Source: Bacteroidota bacterium
GTDB taxonomy: Bacteria; Bacteroidota; Bacteroidia; Chitinophagales; Chitinophagaceae
Reading direction: 5' to 3'
Length of the DNA: 64,000 nucleotides
Assembly: GCA_016868455.1 (NCBI GenBank)
Contig: VGGV01000013.1
Location: 11,040 to 75,039, forward strand
Part shown: piece after piece, positions 47,489 through 56,749 of the stretch
Layout of the letters: each line of letters opens with the position of its first letter
Numbering within the stretch: the first letter of the stretch is position 1
Made by a program: the position numbers and the translations under genes
Notes under the pieces: generated by a model
What the model was told of the DNA's origin: nothing
What the model saw: only the letters and a program-made list of their open reading frames with translations
Database searches by the model: none

Positions 47489-47508
47489 GAATTATTTTCA
47501 GTTTAAAC

Positions 47509-49656
47509 TTAAGCCGAAACTTTTCCTTTAACTTTTGCTATCACTTCTTCAGCAATATTGTTTGGCGCCGGTGCATAATGAGAGAACTCCATGGTTGAAG
47601 AGGCCCGGCCCGAAGACAACGAACGAAGCTGTGTTACATACCCGAACATTTCGCTCAGCGGTACTTTGACCTTTATCACCTGGGCACCTGCCCGGCTGTC
47701 CATACCCTCCATCATACCGCGGCGGCGGTTCAGGTCACCAGTTACATCGCCCATATACTGGTCGGGAGTTACCACTTCCACTTTCATGATGGGTTCCAAT
47801 ATTACAGGTTTTGCTTTTCTGGCAGCTTCGCGGAATCCCTGTTTGGCACAAAGCTCAAAAGACATAGAGTCAGAGTCCACTGCATGGAAGCTTCCGTCAA
47901 ACACCCTGAGCTTCATATTGGCAACCGGGTAGCTGGCCAATACGCCGTTTGACATAGCCTGCTCAAAGCCTTTTTGTATGGCAGGAACAAATTCACGGGG
48001 AATTGCACCGCCGAAAATATCGTTTACAAACTGATAGTGTTTATCCGGATTCTCCTGCTGCCATTCCTTGTCCACCGGGCCGAGTTCAAAAATGATATCA
48101 GCGAATTTACCACGGCCGCCGGTTTGCTTTTTCAGCGTTTCCCTGTGTTCAATTGTAGTGGTGAAAGCTTCTTTGTAAGCCACCTGCGGCGCTCCCTGGT
48201 TCACTTCCACTTTGAATTCCCGCTTCATCCGGTCAACAATAATTTCGAGGTGCAGTTCGCCCATTCCCGAAAGAATGGTCTGACCTGTTTCTTCATCGGT
48301 TTTTACACGAAGTGTGGGGTCTTCTTCGATAAGCTTGGCGATTGCCATACCCATTTTATCGACATCGGCCTGGGTCTTGGGTTCAACTGCCACAGAAATC
48401 ACGGGCTCGGGGATGAACATGTTTTCCAACGTGATGGGATGATTTTCATCACAGAGTGTATCGCCGGTTTTTATTTCTTTGAAACCAACAGCTGCCCCGA
48501 TATCACCGGCTTCAATGAAATCAATGGGGTTTTGCTTGTTGGCAAACATCTTCATAATACGGCTGATCCTTTCTTTCTTTCCGCTTCTTACGTTTAATAC
48601 ATAAGAACCGGCATCGAGGTGGCCGCTGTAACAGCGGAAGAATGCCAGGCGGCCCACAAAGGGATCAGTCATAATTTTGAAAGCAAGCGCTGCAAAAGAC
48701 TCTTTCGGGTCAGCCTTGCGCTTCAGTTCTTCTCCGGTATCAGGATGTGTGCCAATGGTATCCGGAATATCAACCGGTGAAGGCAGGTAGCGGCAAACTG
48801 CATCCAGCGCCGTTTGCACTCCTTTATTTTTGAATGAAGAACCGCACATCATCGGCACAATGCTCAGGTCAATCGTGGCCTTACGGATGGCTTCATGCAT
48901 TTCGTCTTCGCTGATGCTGTTAGGGTCATCAAAAAATTTCTCCATCAGTTTATCATCATATTCAGCCACAGCCTCCACCAGGCTGGCCCTCCATTCTTTT
49001 GCTTCTTCCAGCATATCCGCCGGTACTTCTATCTCATCAAAAGTCATGCCCTCTGTTTCCATATGCCAGATGATGCCTTTCATTTTAATCAGGTCTACCA
49101 CTCCTTTGAAATCATCTTCGGCGCCAATTGGTAATTGCAGGGGAACTGCTTTGGAACCAAGCATCTCTTTCACCTGCTTCACCACATTCAGAAAGTCAGC
49201 GCCGGCACGGTCCATTTTATTTACAAAGCCGATACGGGGAACGCCATAACGGTTGGCCTGGCGCCACACCGTTTCCGACTGGGGCTCCACACCATCTACG
49301 GCAGAAAACAAAGCAATGAGCCCGTCCAGCACCCGCATGGAACGTTCTACCTCCACTGTAAAGTCAACGTGGCCGGGAGTGTCAATGATATTGAAATAGT
49401 ATTGTTTTGTTTCAGGAGTGGGTTTTCCCAAAACAGTCGGGAAATTCCATTTACAGCTTACTGCGGCAGAGGTGATGGTGATACCCCGCTCTTTTTCCTG
49501 CTCCATCCAGTCGGTGGTGGCAGCCCCATCATGCACTTCGCCTATCCGGTGTATCATACCGGTGTAGCGAAGGATACGCTCTGTGGTGGTGGTTTTGCCG
49601 GCGTCAATGTGAGCGGCAATACCGAAGTTTCTTTGAAATTTTAAATCAGCCATCAC
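47509..49656 (-). CDS. fusA: Translation elongation factor G
   Basis: [28 protein letters not shown] and NKMDR G-motifs; full five-domain length (715 aa). Confidence 0.98.
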   Translation of the reverse strand: MMADLKFQRNFGIAAHIDAGKTTTTERILRYTGMIHRIGEVHDGAATTDWMEQEKERGITITSAAVSCKWNFPTVLGKPTPETKQYYFNIIDTPGHVDFTVEVERSMRVLDGLIALFSAVDGVEPQSETVWRQANRYGVPRIGFVNKMDRAGADFLNVVKQVKEMLGSKAVPLQLPIGAEDDFKGVVDLIKMKGIIWHMETEGMTFDEIEVPADMLEEAKEWRASLVEAVAEYDDKLMEKFFDDPNSISEDEMHEAIRKATIDLSIVPMMCGSSFKNKGVQTALDAVCRYLPSPVDIPDTIGTHPDTGEELKRKADPKESFAALAFKIMTDPFVGRLAFFRCYSGHLDAGSYVLNVRSGKKERISRIMKMFANKQNPIDFIEAGDIGAAVGFKEIKTGDTLCDENHPITLENMFIPEPVISVAVEPKTQADVDKMGMAIAKLIEEDPTLRVKTDEETGQTILSGMGELHLEIIVDRMKREFKVEVNQGAPQVAYKEAFTTTIEHRETLKKQTGGRGKFADIIFELGPVDKEWQQENPDKHYQFVNDIFGGAIPREFVPAIQKGFEQAMSNGVLASYPVANMKLRVFDGSFHAVDSDSMSFELCAKQGFREAARKAKPVILEPIMKVEVVTPDQYMGDVTGDLNRRRGMMEGMDSRAGAQVIKVKVPLSEMFGYVTQLRSLSSGRASSTMEFSHYAPAPNNIAEEVIAKVKGKVSA

Positions 49657-49710
49657 TGCTTTGTTTTCAGATATTTAGGTTCTTCTTAAAACCTTCCGGT
49701 TTTGGAGGCG

Positions 49711-49718
49711 CAAAAGTA
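49711..49718 (-). promoter_or_regulatory. Candidate fusA -7 box TACTTTTG
   Basis: Matches TAnnTTTG on the minus strand, about 55 nt upstream of the fusA ATG and downstream of the ompA-like terminator. Confidence 0.4.
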
Positions 49719-49807
49719 AGGAAAAAGCCTGAAAAGGGAGAATTGATGAAGAACTATAAATTACCCTGTGGATAACAGATTCTTTCAATATTTTCATAGC
49801 GGATTGA

Positions 49808-49837
49808 TAAAAAAAGTGCCCCGCAGAAACGGGGCAC
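49808..49837 (-). terminator. Rho-independent terminator of the OmpA-family gene
   Basis: On the minus strand, GTGCCCCG-N6-CGGGGCAC is followed by TTTTTTT. Confidence 0.8.
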
Positions 49838-49859
49838 CTTCATAATAAGCAATTGGTTT

Positions 49860-51260
49860 CTATTTATAAAAGCTCAGGGTAAGTTCTGAACGGCGGTTTT
49901 GCTGGCGGCCCGCTGCAGTATTATTTGTAGCGATAGGCTTAGTTTCACCATAACCGGTTGCAGTTATACGGCTCGGGTCAATACCCTTGGTGACGATATA
50001 ATTCTTCACTGCATCGGCCCTGTTCTGACTGAGTTTCATGTTCATCTCATCACTGCCTACATTGTCCGTATGGCCGTCAATATTCAGGCTCATACCCGGA
50101 TTTTCATTCATGATTTTTGCCCCATCATTCAAACCTTTAAATGATTTGGATTGCAGTTTATAGCTGCCTGTTACAAACAGAATGTTCTTGGCTGCTATAT
50201 CCATCCTCTTCTTTATTTCTTCCAGAATAAGAGGGCACCCATAATTTTCCTTCACACCGGGTACGGTAGGGCACTTATCTTGTTCATCATTTACACCATC
50301 ACCGTCCGTATCCGGAATCGGGCAACCCTGGTAGCGGGCCACACCCGGAACAGTCGGGCATTTATCTTCTTCATCATTAATACCATCCTTATCCGTATCC
50401 GGTATCGGGCAACCCTGGTAGCGGGCCACACCCGGAACAGTCGGGCATTTATCTTCTTCATCATTAATATCATCCTTATCCGTATCCGGTATCGGGCATC
50501 CATCATACTTGGCAAGGCCTTTTACATCAGGACATTTATCATTTTTGTCAATGATGCCATCACCATCCCTGTCAGGACAACCTTGTGTGGCAGCAGGGCC
50601 CGGGTCATCCGGGCAGGCATCCACATTATCGGGAATGCCATCCTTATCCCTGTCAAGCACCACAGGTGCTTTTTCCGGTTTCTTACCCAAACGGGCAGCA
50701 ACGCCTACTCCATGCTGAAGATGATAATTAGAAGTTTCTACGGTAATCGGAACACGGTAATTTGAGTTAATAAAGAGATGCGCATCATCCAGGAAATTAA
50801 TTTTCACACCAAGGCCAAGCGGCATGGTAACGCCATAATAGTTAAGGTATTTGTGACCACTTACACCGAGGGTTATATAGGGCTGTACCCAGTGCCTTTC
50901 GGTAGTCATTTTCAAATGCACGGCGCCGGTGGCATCCAGCAATAATTTATCGCTTGCAAAAGACTTATTGGGCATGGGGTAACGTAGGAAAGACCCCCCT
51001 AAAGTGACAGAGTAATCAATATGTTTTCTTATCCCCTTGAAATAGGTTATAGCCAGGCCTGCATTCATTTCACTCAGCTTGGCCAGCTTTTTGTCGGCAA
51101 GCACTTTTACCAATGAACTGGAACGGATTCGGGCCGGCGTGACAAAATCATTCATAAACAAACTGATTCCAAGAGCCTTTGGCCTAGTTTCATCATCTTG
51201 ACTGTAACTGGCAGGTACAAGCAGGTACAGTGCAAGAAATGCAGACAGTATCTTCTTCAT
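49860..51260 (-). CDS. OmpA-family outer-membrane protein with thrombospondin type-3 (TSP3) calcium-binding repeats
   Basis: Signal peptide MKKILSAFLALYLLVPASYSQ, an N-terminal beta-barrel-like region, DxDxDGxxDxxD repeats, and a C-terminal OmpA_C domain (GHTDNVGSDEMNMKLSQNRADAV...NRRSEL). Start trimmed to ATG 51260. Confidence 0.9.
   Translation of the reverse strand: MKKILSAFLALYLLVPASYSQDDETRPKALGISLFMNDFVTPARIRSSSLVKVLADKKLAKLSEMNAGLAITYFKGIRKHIDYSVTLGGSFLRYPMPNKSFASDKLLLDATGAVHLKMTTERHWVQPYITLGVSGHKYLNYYGVTMPLGLGVKINFLDDAHLFINSNYRVPITVETSNYHLQHGVGVAARLGKKPEKAPVVLDRDKDGIPDNVDACPDDPGPAATQGCPDRDGDGIIDKNDKCPDVKGLAKYDGCPIPDTDKDDINDEEDKCPTVPGVARYQGCPIPDTDKDGINDEEDKCPTVPGVARYQGCPIPDTDGDGVNDEQDKCPTVPGVKENYGCPLILEEIKKRMDIAAKNILFVTGSYKLQSKSFKGLNDGAKIMNENPGMSLNIDGHTDNVGSDEMNMKLSQNRADAVKNYIVTKGIDPSRITATGYGETKPIATNNTAAGRQQNRRSELTLSFYK
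50230..50500. repeat. Three tandem 87-bp (29-codon) repeats inside the OmpA/TSP3 gene
   Basis: The marker ATCGGGCAACCCTGGTAGCGGGCC recurs at 50317 and 50404 (and ATCGGGCATCC at 50491), giving a period of 87 nt. The two upstream units are almost identical at DNA level and encode GCPIPDTDKD(D/G)INDEEDKCPTVPGVARYQ. Confidence 0.85.
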
Positions 51261-51409
51261 AAAGAGATAGTTTGGTTTTAAACTAAACAAAAATAACGGG
51301 TAAGTTTAATATCAGGAAATAAATTATTTAGCTATTATTCATAGGGTTGCGGAGGCTGGCGGGGTGTAGAAAAGATGTGAAAAAGCGGGCCGGCAGCGGA
51401 AAGAAAAGG

Positions 51410-53098
51410 CTATTTTCCGGCAAAGAATTTCTCCCGGATCATTTTATCTTCTCCGTACACATCATCATAAAAAACAAGGTTTCCGCTCCGGGCCTCACTG
51501 GTAATGTAGCGGATATAAACAGGCATTTTCTTTTTTACCATAATATGCCGTTTTATTTTTTGATGAAGCCAGGTTTTCAGTGAGTCGGCCATGTGGTAGC
51601 TTCCGGATGAATGAAGGCTGTCGTTGCGGAGGATATAGTAAGCCAGCTTTTGCCATTCCTGTACTCTTACACAACCATGGCTGAGCGACCGCATAGCATT
51701 TCCAAACAGGTAGCGCTGGTTAGTATCATGCAGGTAAACTGAATATTTATTATCAAAATGAAATTTGAGCACCCCAAGGGCATTGGCATCACCGCTGCCC
51801 TGTACAATCCTGTAAGGCACCCCCTTGTTGTATTTTGACCAGTCAACAGAGTAAGGGTCAACTTCATTGCCATCTTTGTCAAGCAGGCTGAAACCCTTGC
51901 GGGCCAGGTAATCTGGATTTTTTTTCACGGCCGGTAAAATTTCCTTTGTTACGATACTGGGCGGCGGCACCCATTGCGGGTAGGTGATGAGTTGGGAAAT
52001 AGACCCGTTTAACAAAGGCGTTCGGGTTTTAGCTTTGCCGCAAATAATCCTGGAAGAGAACTTAACTGCGGTATCCTCCACAACCTCCAGGTTGTTTGAT
52101 GCCGCATTCACCCAAATATATCTGGATGGCATTTCAGGCGGCAGTTTTTTGTACTTATCGAGGCTGATGGCAACCCGGATAAACTTCTCTGCGTCCGAAA
52201 GGTTAAGCATACGAATGGTGCCTTCTCCGGCCCGACCGTCTACCAAAAGCCCTTTTTCGTTCTGAAATTTTTTGACGGCCTCTGCCAGTTGTGCCGAATC
52301 GGCCATTACACTATCAAAAACAATATAGCCTCCTTCAAACAACCTTTTTTGCAAAGCAATCTTATAACCGGGATCATTTTTTGCCGGTACCCGGGTATGT
52401 TCCCGGAAATCGGCCTGTTGCAAAAATTTCAGAATGCCTTTCTTTAGCTGCTGATACCCCCGATGCCGGGGCTCGAGTACTTGTACCTGCGCTGTCATTG
52501 AACCTTGTTGTTGCAGGGTATTAAACTGCTGCAGGAAAAAGTCGCCGGTAAGCAGGGTATCCTTATTAAGAGTAATGCTGTCATCCGGCAGGCGGCCCAG
52601 TTTGATGTCTTTGAGGATTTGAACAAATGCATCGGTAAGCATCACATCCGATTTTGCCCAGATCATCGCATCTTTTTTTGCTGTCTTATTCAAACTGTCG
52701 GCTTCAAGCAGCCTGTGGATCATGAACAGTTCATTGGCATGATAATCCTGGGAGAACAACCCATATAATTTTGACTCCCGGATAAAGCCGAAAAGTGAGT
52801 CAGCCTGCCGTTTCCAGTTCCCCTGCTCAGACCACAGCGGAGTATTTCCATTTTTTTCGTACAGATACTTACAGAATGCAGGTTGATTTAGGTGCAACCT
52901 GCTGTCGGTTCTACTTCCTCCGCCTGCTGCAGTTTGCTGCAGTAACTTGCTGATAAAGCTTTTTGTTTTTTGCTGAAGCTCTTCCGGTGTGTCTGCAATA
53001 TGCTCAGATTGGGTTCGTTTACTCCTGCAGGCATGCACTAATACCAGGCATACAGTAATACCTGCATACAATAGGTGCCTGGCTCTTTTTCTTCTCAT
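51410..53098 (-). CDS. L,D-transpeptidase (YkuD/ErfK domain; YcbB-like large form)
   Basis: A peptidoglycan-binding-like repeat (AVKKFQNEKGLLVDGRAGEGT) and the catalytic block YLHDTN...LSHGCVRV (HxnSxGC(I/V)R motif). Confidence 0.85.
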   Translation of the reverse strand: MRRKRARHLLYAGITVCLVLVHACRSKRTQSEHIADTPEELQQKTKSFISKLLQQTAAGGGSRTDSRLHLNQPAFCKYLYEKNGNTPLWSEQGNWKRQADSLFGFIRESKLYGLFSQDYHANELFMIHRLLEADSLNKTAKKDAMIWAKSDVMLTDAFVQILKDIKLGRLPDDSITLNKDTLLTGDFFLQQFNTLQQQGSMTAQVQVLEPRHRGYQQLKKGILKFLQQADFREHTRVPAKNDPGYKIALQKRLFEGGYIVFDSVMADSAQLAEAVKKFQNEKGLLVDGRAGEGTIRMLNLSDAEKFIRVAISLDKYKKLPPEMPSRYIWVNAASNNLEVVEDTAVKFSSRIICGKAKTRTPLLNGSISQLITYPQWVPPPSIVTKEILPAVKKNPDYLARKGFSLLDKDGNEVDPYSVDWSKYNKGVPYRIVQGSGDANALGVLKFHFDNKYSVYLHDTNQRYLFGNAMRSLSHGCVRVQEWQKLAYYILRNDSLHSSGSYHMADSLKTWLHQKIKRHIMVKKKMPVYIRYITSEARSGNLVFYDDVYGEDKMIREKFFAGK

Positions 53099-53162
53099 AG
53101 AGGGTGTGTGGATGGGTGCTGTCTCCTGTTTTTACTTTAATTTACAGCATAAGCTGCCGCAG

Positions 53163-53933
53163 ATGCTATACAAGTTACAAAAAGCTTTTTACAGCCGGGG
53201 TGCCCTGTTATTGTTTTTTTTAATCCCGTTTTTCCTTCCTGTTTTTTCGCAGGATACAGGTTATATACGGCCGCCAGTAACCTCCAAACTGAAAATTTAT
53301 AAGAAACAGATAAAAAAAGACAGCTTGGGGAAGATGGTGGAGCTAAAAAGTCTGATACCAAACATTGTTTACGATCTGCGGTATGCCACCACCAATAATT
53401 TTATGCGGAGGATGATGTACCCTGCCGGAACGAATTACACATTTTTACGGCATCCTGCCGCTGATTCGCTGAAAGAAGCACAAAAAGAACTGAACAGTAT
53501 GGGGCTGGGGTTAAAAATATTTGATGCCTACCGCCCCTACTCTGTAACAGTAGAATTCTGGGAACTGGTCAAAGATGAAAGATATGTGGCACATCCGGCC
53601 AAAGGCAGCGGACATAACCGTGGCGCTGCGGTCGACATTACTATTATGAACCTGGTAACCGGCAACGAACTGGATATGGGAACAGGCTTTGACAACTTTT
53701 CTGACACCGCTCATCACAGCTTCAGTAAATTGCCGGAAGAGGTGCTACAGAACCGGATTTTGCTGAAAACAACAATGGAGAAATATGGATTCAGGGCTTA
53801 CAATGATGAGTGGTGGCATTATTCCTTTCCGGGGGCGGCCAGGTTTGAAATACTGGATATTGGCTTTAAAAAGCTTGCCAAAAACTATAACGGAATAACC
53901 CGGGTTACTGAATCGGTGTTAATCGCCCCATAA
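53163..53933 (+). CDS. D-alanyl-D-alanine dipeptidase (VanX/DdpX, peptidase M15D), with a signal peptide
   Basis: DLRYATTNNFM, FDAYRPYSV, SGHNRGAAVDITI and EWWHY are VanX-family zinc and catalytic motifs. Start set to ATG 53163 (MLYKLQKAF...FSQ) to remove the overlap with the divergent gene. Confidence 0.85.
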   Translation: MLYKLQKAFYSRGALLLFFLIPFFLPVFSQDTGYIRPPVTSKLKIYKKQIKKDSLGKMVELKSLIPNIVYDLRYATTNNFMRRMMYPAGTNYTFLRHPAADSLKEAQKELNSMGLGLKIFDAYRPYSVTVEFWELVKDERYVAHPAKGSGHNRGAAVDITIMNLVTGNELDMGTGFDNFSDTAHHSFSKLPEEVLQNRILLKTTMEKYGFRAYNDEWWHYSFPGAARFEILDIGFKKLAKNYNGITRVTESVLIAP

Positions 53934-54184
53934 ACATGCGGAAAAGTATCCTGTGTGGATGATGACCAGTCATAAATATATTTACAGGTAAGTTTATCGG
54001 TATCAATCACCAGTTTTACCAATCCTGATTGCCCGGCAAAAAAACGTTCCAAAACACCAGCCACCTGATGTTCATGTGAGCAATGGATAAAGCCTTCTTC
54101 TTTTAAGGAAGGATGTTCATAAAATCCTTTATTCAATGCTGCTTTCCATTCATTGGCAGTTGTGATGTGGTATATTACGGGCAT
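53885..54184 (-). CDS. DUF952-family protein
   Basis: MPVIYHITTANEWKAALNKGFY.HPSLKEEGFIHCS...YGAIN matches the DUF952 pattern as I remember it. Confidence 0.7.
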   Translation of the reverse strand: MPVIYHITTANEWKAALNKGFYEHPSLKEEGFIHCSHEHQVAGVLERFFAGQSGLVKLVIDTDKLTCKYIYDWSSSTQDTFPHVYGAINTDSVTRVIPL

Positions 54185-54298
54185 AGAATTATTTTAACAT
54201 GCTTTAAGGACAAAAAAAGCAAGGATGAGTGTGAATACAAAACTGATCCAGTGATTACTCTTTCTTTTTGGTAATTCTTCTTCATGCAGACTGCTTCA

Positions 54299-55312
54299 TC
54301 AATTCTTTATAATACGTGGTATCCTTTGTTCCAGTAACATAAAATCAGCGAGCACAACAGCCGTTACAGCTTCAACAATAACCGGAGCCCTGAGCGCTAC
54401 ACAAAGATCATGGCGGCCTTTGACTGAAAAGTCTTCTGTTTTACCGGTATCCCAGTTCAGGCTGTTCTGCTCTTTTGGTGTGGATGAAGTGGGTTTTATG
54501 GCTAAACGGAACACCAGTTCGTTACCATTACTGATGCCGCCCACCACTCCGCCGGCATGATTGGTTCTGGTTTTACCCTCCCTGTTTTCTATAGCATCGT
54601 TATGCTCGCTGCCAAACATTTTTGCAGCAGCGAAACCGGTTCCGAACTCAACACCTCTTACAGCCGGTATGCCAAACAGGATATGTGACAGAACTGATTC
54701 AACTGAATCAAACCAGGGTTCACCCAGGCCCGTGGGCAAACCATTTACACGGCATTCTACAATACCACCCACCGAATCTTTGGCATCAATGGCTTTTTGT
54801 AACCCTTTTTCCAGATCTTTTTCTCCGGCAATTTCCGTTACCATGGCATGAATGCCGAGGCCGGTCATGCCGCATTTATTCATCATTATTTTTGCAATGG
54901 CTCCTGCCGCCACAATACCTGCTGTCAGCCTTGCACTGAAATGCCCCCCGCCGCGATAGTCTTCATTACCGCCAAACTTTTGATGCGCCACCCAATCGGC
55001 GTGCCCGGGTCTCGGTATGCTTCTTTGCTTATCATAATCTTCGCTGCGGGTATTTTTATTTTCAAATAAAATAGTGATGGGAAAGCCGGTTGTTTTGCCA
55101 TTGAAGACACCGCTCTTAAAAAGCGGGATATCATCTTCTGTTCTGGGCGTGATGCCTTTGCCCTGCCCGCCTTTTCTTCGTTCCAGATCAGCAGCCAGAT
55201 CTTCCGGGGACAATGATAACCCTGCAGGGCAGCCATCAATAGTTATACCGACACATTCACCATGTGATTCACCAAAAATGGAAATACGGAATATTCTGCC
55301 AAATGAATTCAT
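54299..55312 (-). CDS. aroC: Chorismate synthase
   Basis: FGRIFRISIFGESHG..VG..IDGCPAG, RPGHAD and GGG.SAR signatures. Confidence 0.93.
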   Translation of the reverse strand: MNSFGRIFRISIFGESHGECVGITIDGCPAGLSLSPEDLAADLERRKGGQGKGITPRTEDDIPLFKSGVFNGKTTGFPITILFENKNTRSEDYDKQRSIPRPGHADWVAHQKFGGNEDYRGGGHFSARLTAGIVAAGAIAKIMMNKCGMTGLGIHAMVTEIAGEKDLEKGLQKAIDAKDSVGGIVECRVNGLPTGLGEPWFDSVESVLSHILFGIPAVRGVEFGTGFAAAKMFGSEHNDAIENREGKTRTNHAGGVVGGISNGNELVFRLAIKPTSSTPKEQNSLNWDTGKTEDFSVKGRHDLCVALRAPVIVEAVTAVVLADFMLLEQRIPRIIKN

Positions 55313-55331
55313 AATCGTTGTTTAAAAATAA

Positions 55332-56744
55332 TCATTCTTTCACTTTTCCCGGTTCACGGTTTTCTTTTCCCTTAATCCCTTTCAGGCTATCGCCTAATTT
55401 AACTCTCATCTCATCTGCCATTTCGGTCATTTTAGAAATAATATCCGGGTGCAATGCAAATACATTTGTTTTCTCGGCCTTGTCTTTACTCAAATCATAC
55501 AGCTCCAACGTTTCCATTTTTACATTTGTTGTTTTTCCTCTTGCACCATCCATACCCGGCGTTTGTCCTTCGATAGAAATATAGGTATGCGGGAAATAAA
55601 GCTTCCAGTTTTTCCAGCGCATCGCCTGTAGTTCATTTGTTTTGTAATAAAAAAATAAAGGACGGTCAGGGTCAGCCATCTGGTTAGGCACTTGCAAATA
55701 ACCCCAGATACTTTCACCATCAAAAGTTTTCTCAGGCAATTCAGATTGTGTAAGAAATGCAAGTGTGGGCAACAGGTCAATAGTCATTAATGGCGTATTA
55801 ACCTTCGCTCCTGCTTTCATTTTATTTTTATAATACATGAGGCAGGGAACCCGAACGCCACCTTCCCAAACGCTTCCCTTACTTTCACGAAGACCGTTGG
55901 TTACTCCCGCATGATTGCCAAATGGCATCCACGGCCCGTTATCAGATGTGACGATAAGCAATGTATTTTCTTCGATTTTCAGTTCTTTCATTTTTTTAAT
56001 CACCTCACCTACCGACCAGTCAATTTCTGCAATCACATCAGCATACAAACCTTTGCCTGTTTTTCCCTTAAATTTTTCAGAGGCATAAATTGGAACATGC
56101 GGCATCGGGTGTGCCAGGTATAAAAAGAAAGGAACCTTTTGCTTCTGTTCAATAAAGTCTAATGCTTTTTGTGTGAAGCGTTGTGTAAACCATGATTGTT
56201 CAATAACGGTATCAGCCACTTTTTCATTTTCATAAACAGGCAGCGATGGCCAGGTTCTCAATGTGTTTTTATACCACATATCATTGCTGTATGGAATACC
56301 ATAGTATTCATCAAAGCCCTGTTTGGTTGGTAAAAACTCCAGCCGGCTGCCGATATGCCATTTGCCAAAAGCAGCAGTGGCATATCCTTTTTTCTTTAGC
56401 ATATCTGCCATCGTAAGTTCATCTGTATTCAATCCAATCTTTGAATCAGGAAATAAAGCACCGTGAATACCAAGCCGGTTAGCATAACAGCCCGTAAGTA
56501 ATGAAGTACGTGATGCAGAACACACCGATTGCGAAACATAAAAATCCGTCAGCGTTATCCCGTTATTGGCAAGCCATTGAAAATTGGGTGTGTAGTTTAT
56601 TTTTTTATTGTAAGGGCTCACATCACCATAACCCATATCATCAATGTAAATAATAATGACATTCGGCGGGCGGTGTATTTTCTGGGCAATTGGTTTTAAA
56701 CAAACGAAAAATACAGACAGCAATAAAGCTATTTTCATTTTCAT
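55332..56744 (-). CDS. Secreted arylsulfatase (formylglycine-dependent sulfatase family)
   Basis: Signal peptide MKMKIALLLSVFFVCLKPIAQ, IYIDDMGYGD, the formylglycine motif CSASRTSLLTG (CxAxR), and GKWH. Confidence 0.88.
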   Translation of the reverse strand: MKMKIALLLSVFFVCLKPIAQKIHRPPNVIIIYIDDMGYGDVSPYNKKINYTPNFQWLANNGITLTDFYVSQSVCSASRTSLLTGCYANRLGIHGALFPDSKIGLNTDELTMADMLKKKGYATAAFGKWHIGSRLEFLPTKQGFDEYYGIPYSNDMWYKNTLRTWPSLPVYENEKVADTVIEQSWFTQRFTQKALDFIEQKQKVPFFLYLAHPMPHVPIYASEKFKGKTGKGLYADVIAEIDWSVGEVIKKMKELKIEENTLLIVTSDNGPWMPFGNHAGVTNGLRESKGSVWEGGVRVPCLMYYKNKMKAGAKVNTPLMTIDLLPTLAFLTQSELPEKTFDGESIWGYLQVPNQMADPDRPLFFYYKTNELQAMRWKNWKLYFPHTYISIEGQTPGMDGARGKTTNVKMETLELYDLSKDKAEKTNVFALHPDIISKMTEMADEMRVKLGDSLKGIKGKENREPGKVKE

Positions 56745-56749
56745 TTGAT

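Noticed and set aside
53885-53933. 49-nt convergent overlap between the 3' ends of the VanX-like gene and the DUF952 gene.
   Set aside because: Both ORFs look genuine to their ends, so this is probably a simple tail-to-tail overlap. I see no evidence of a special mechanism.
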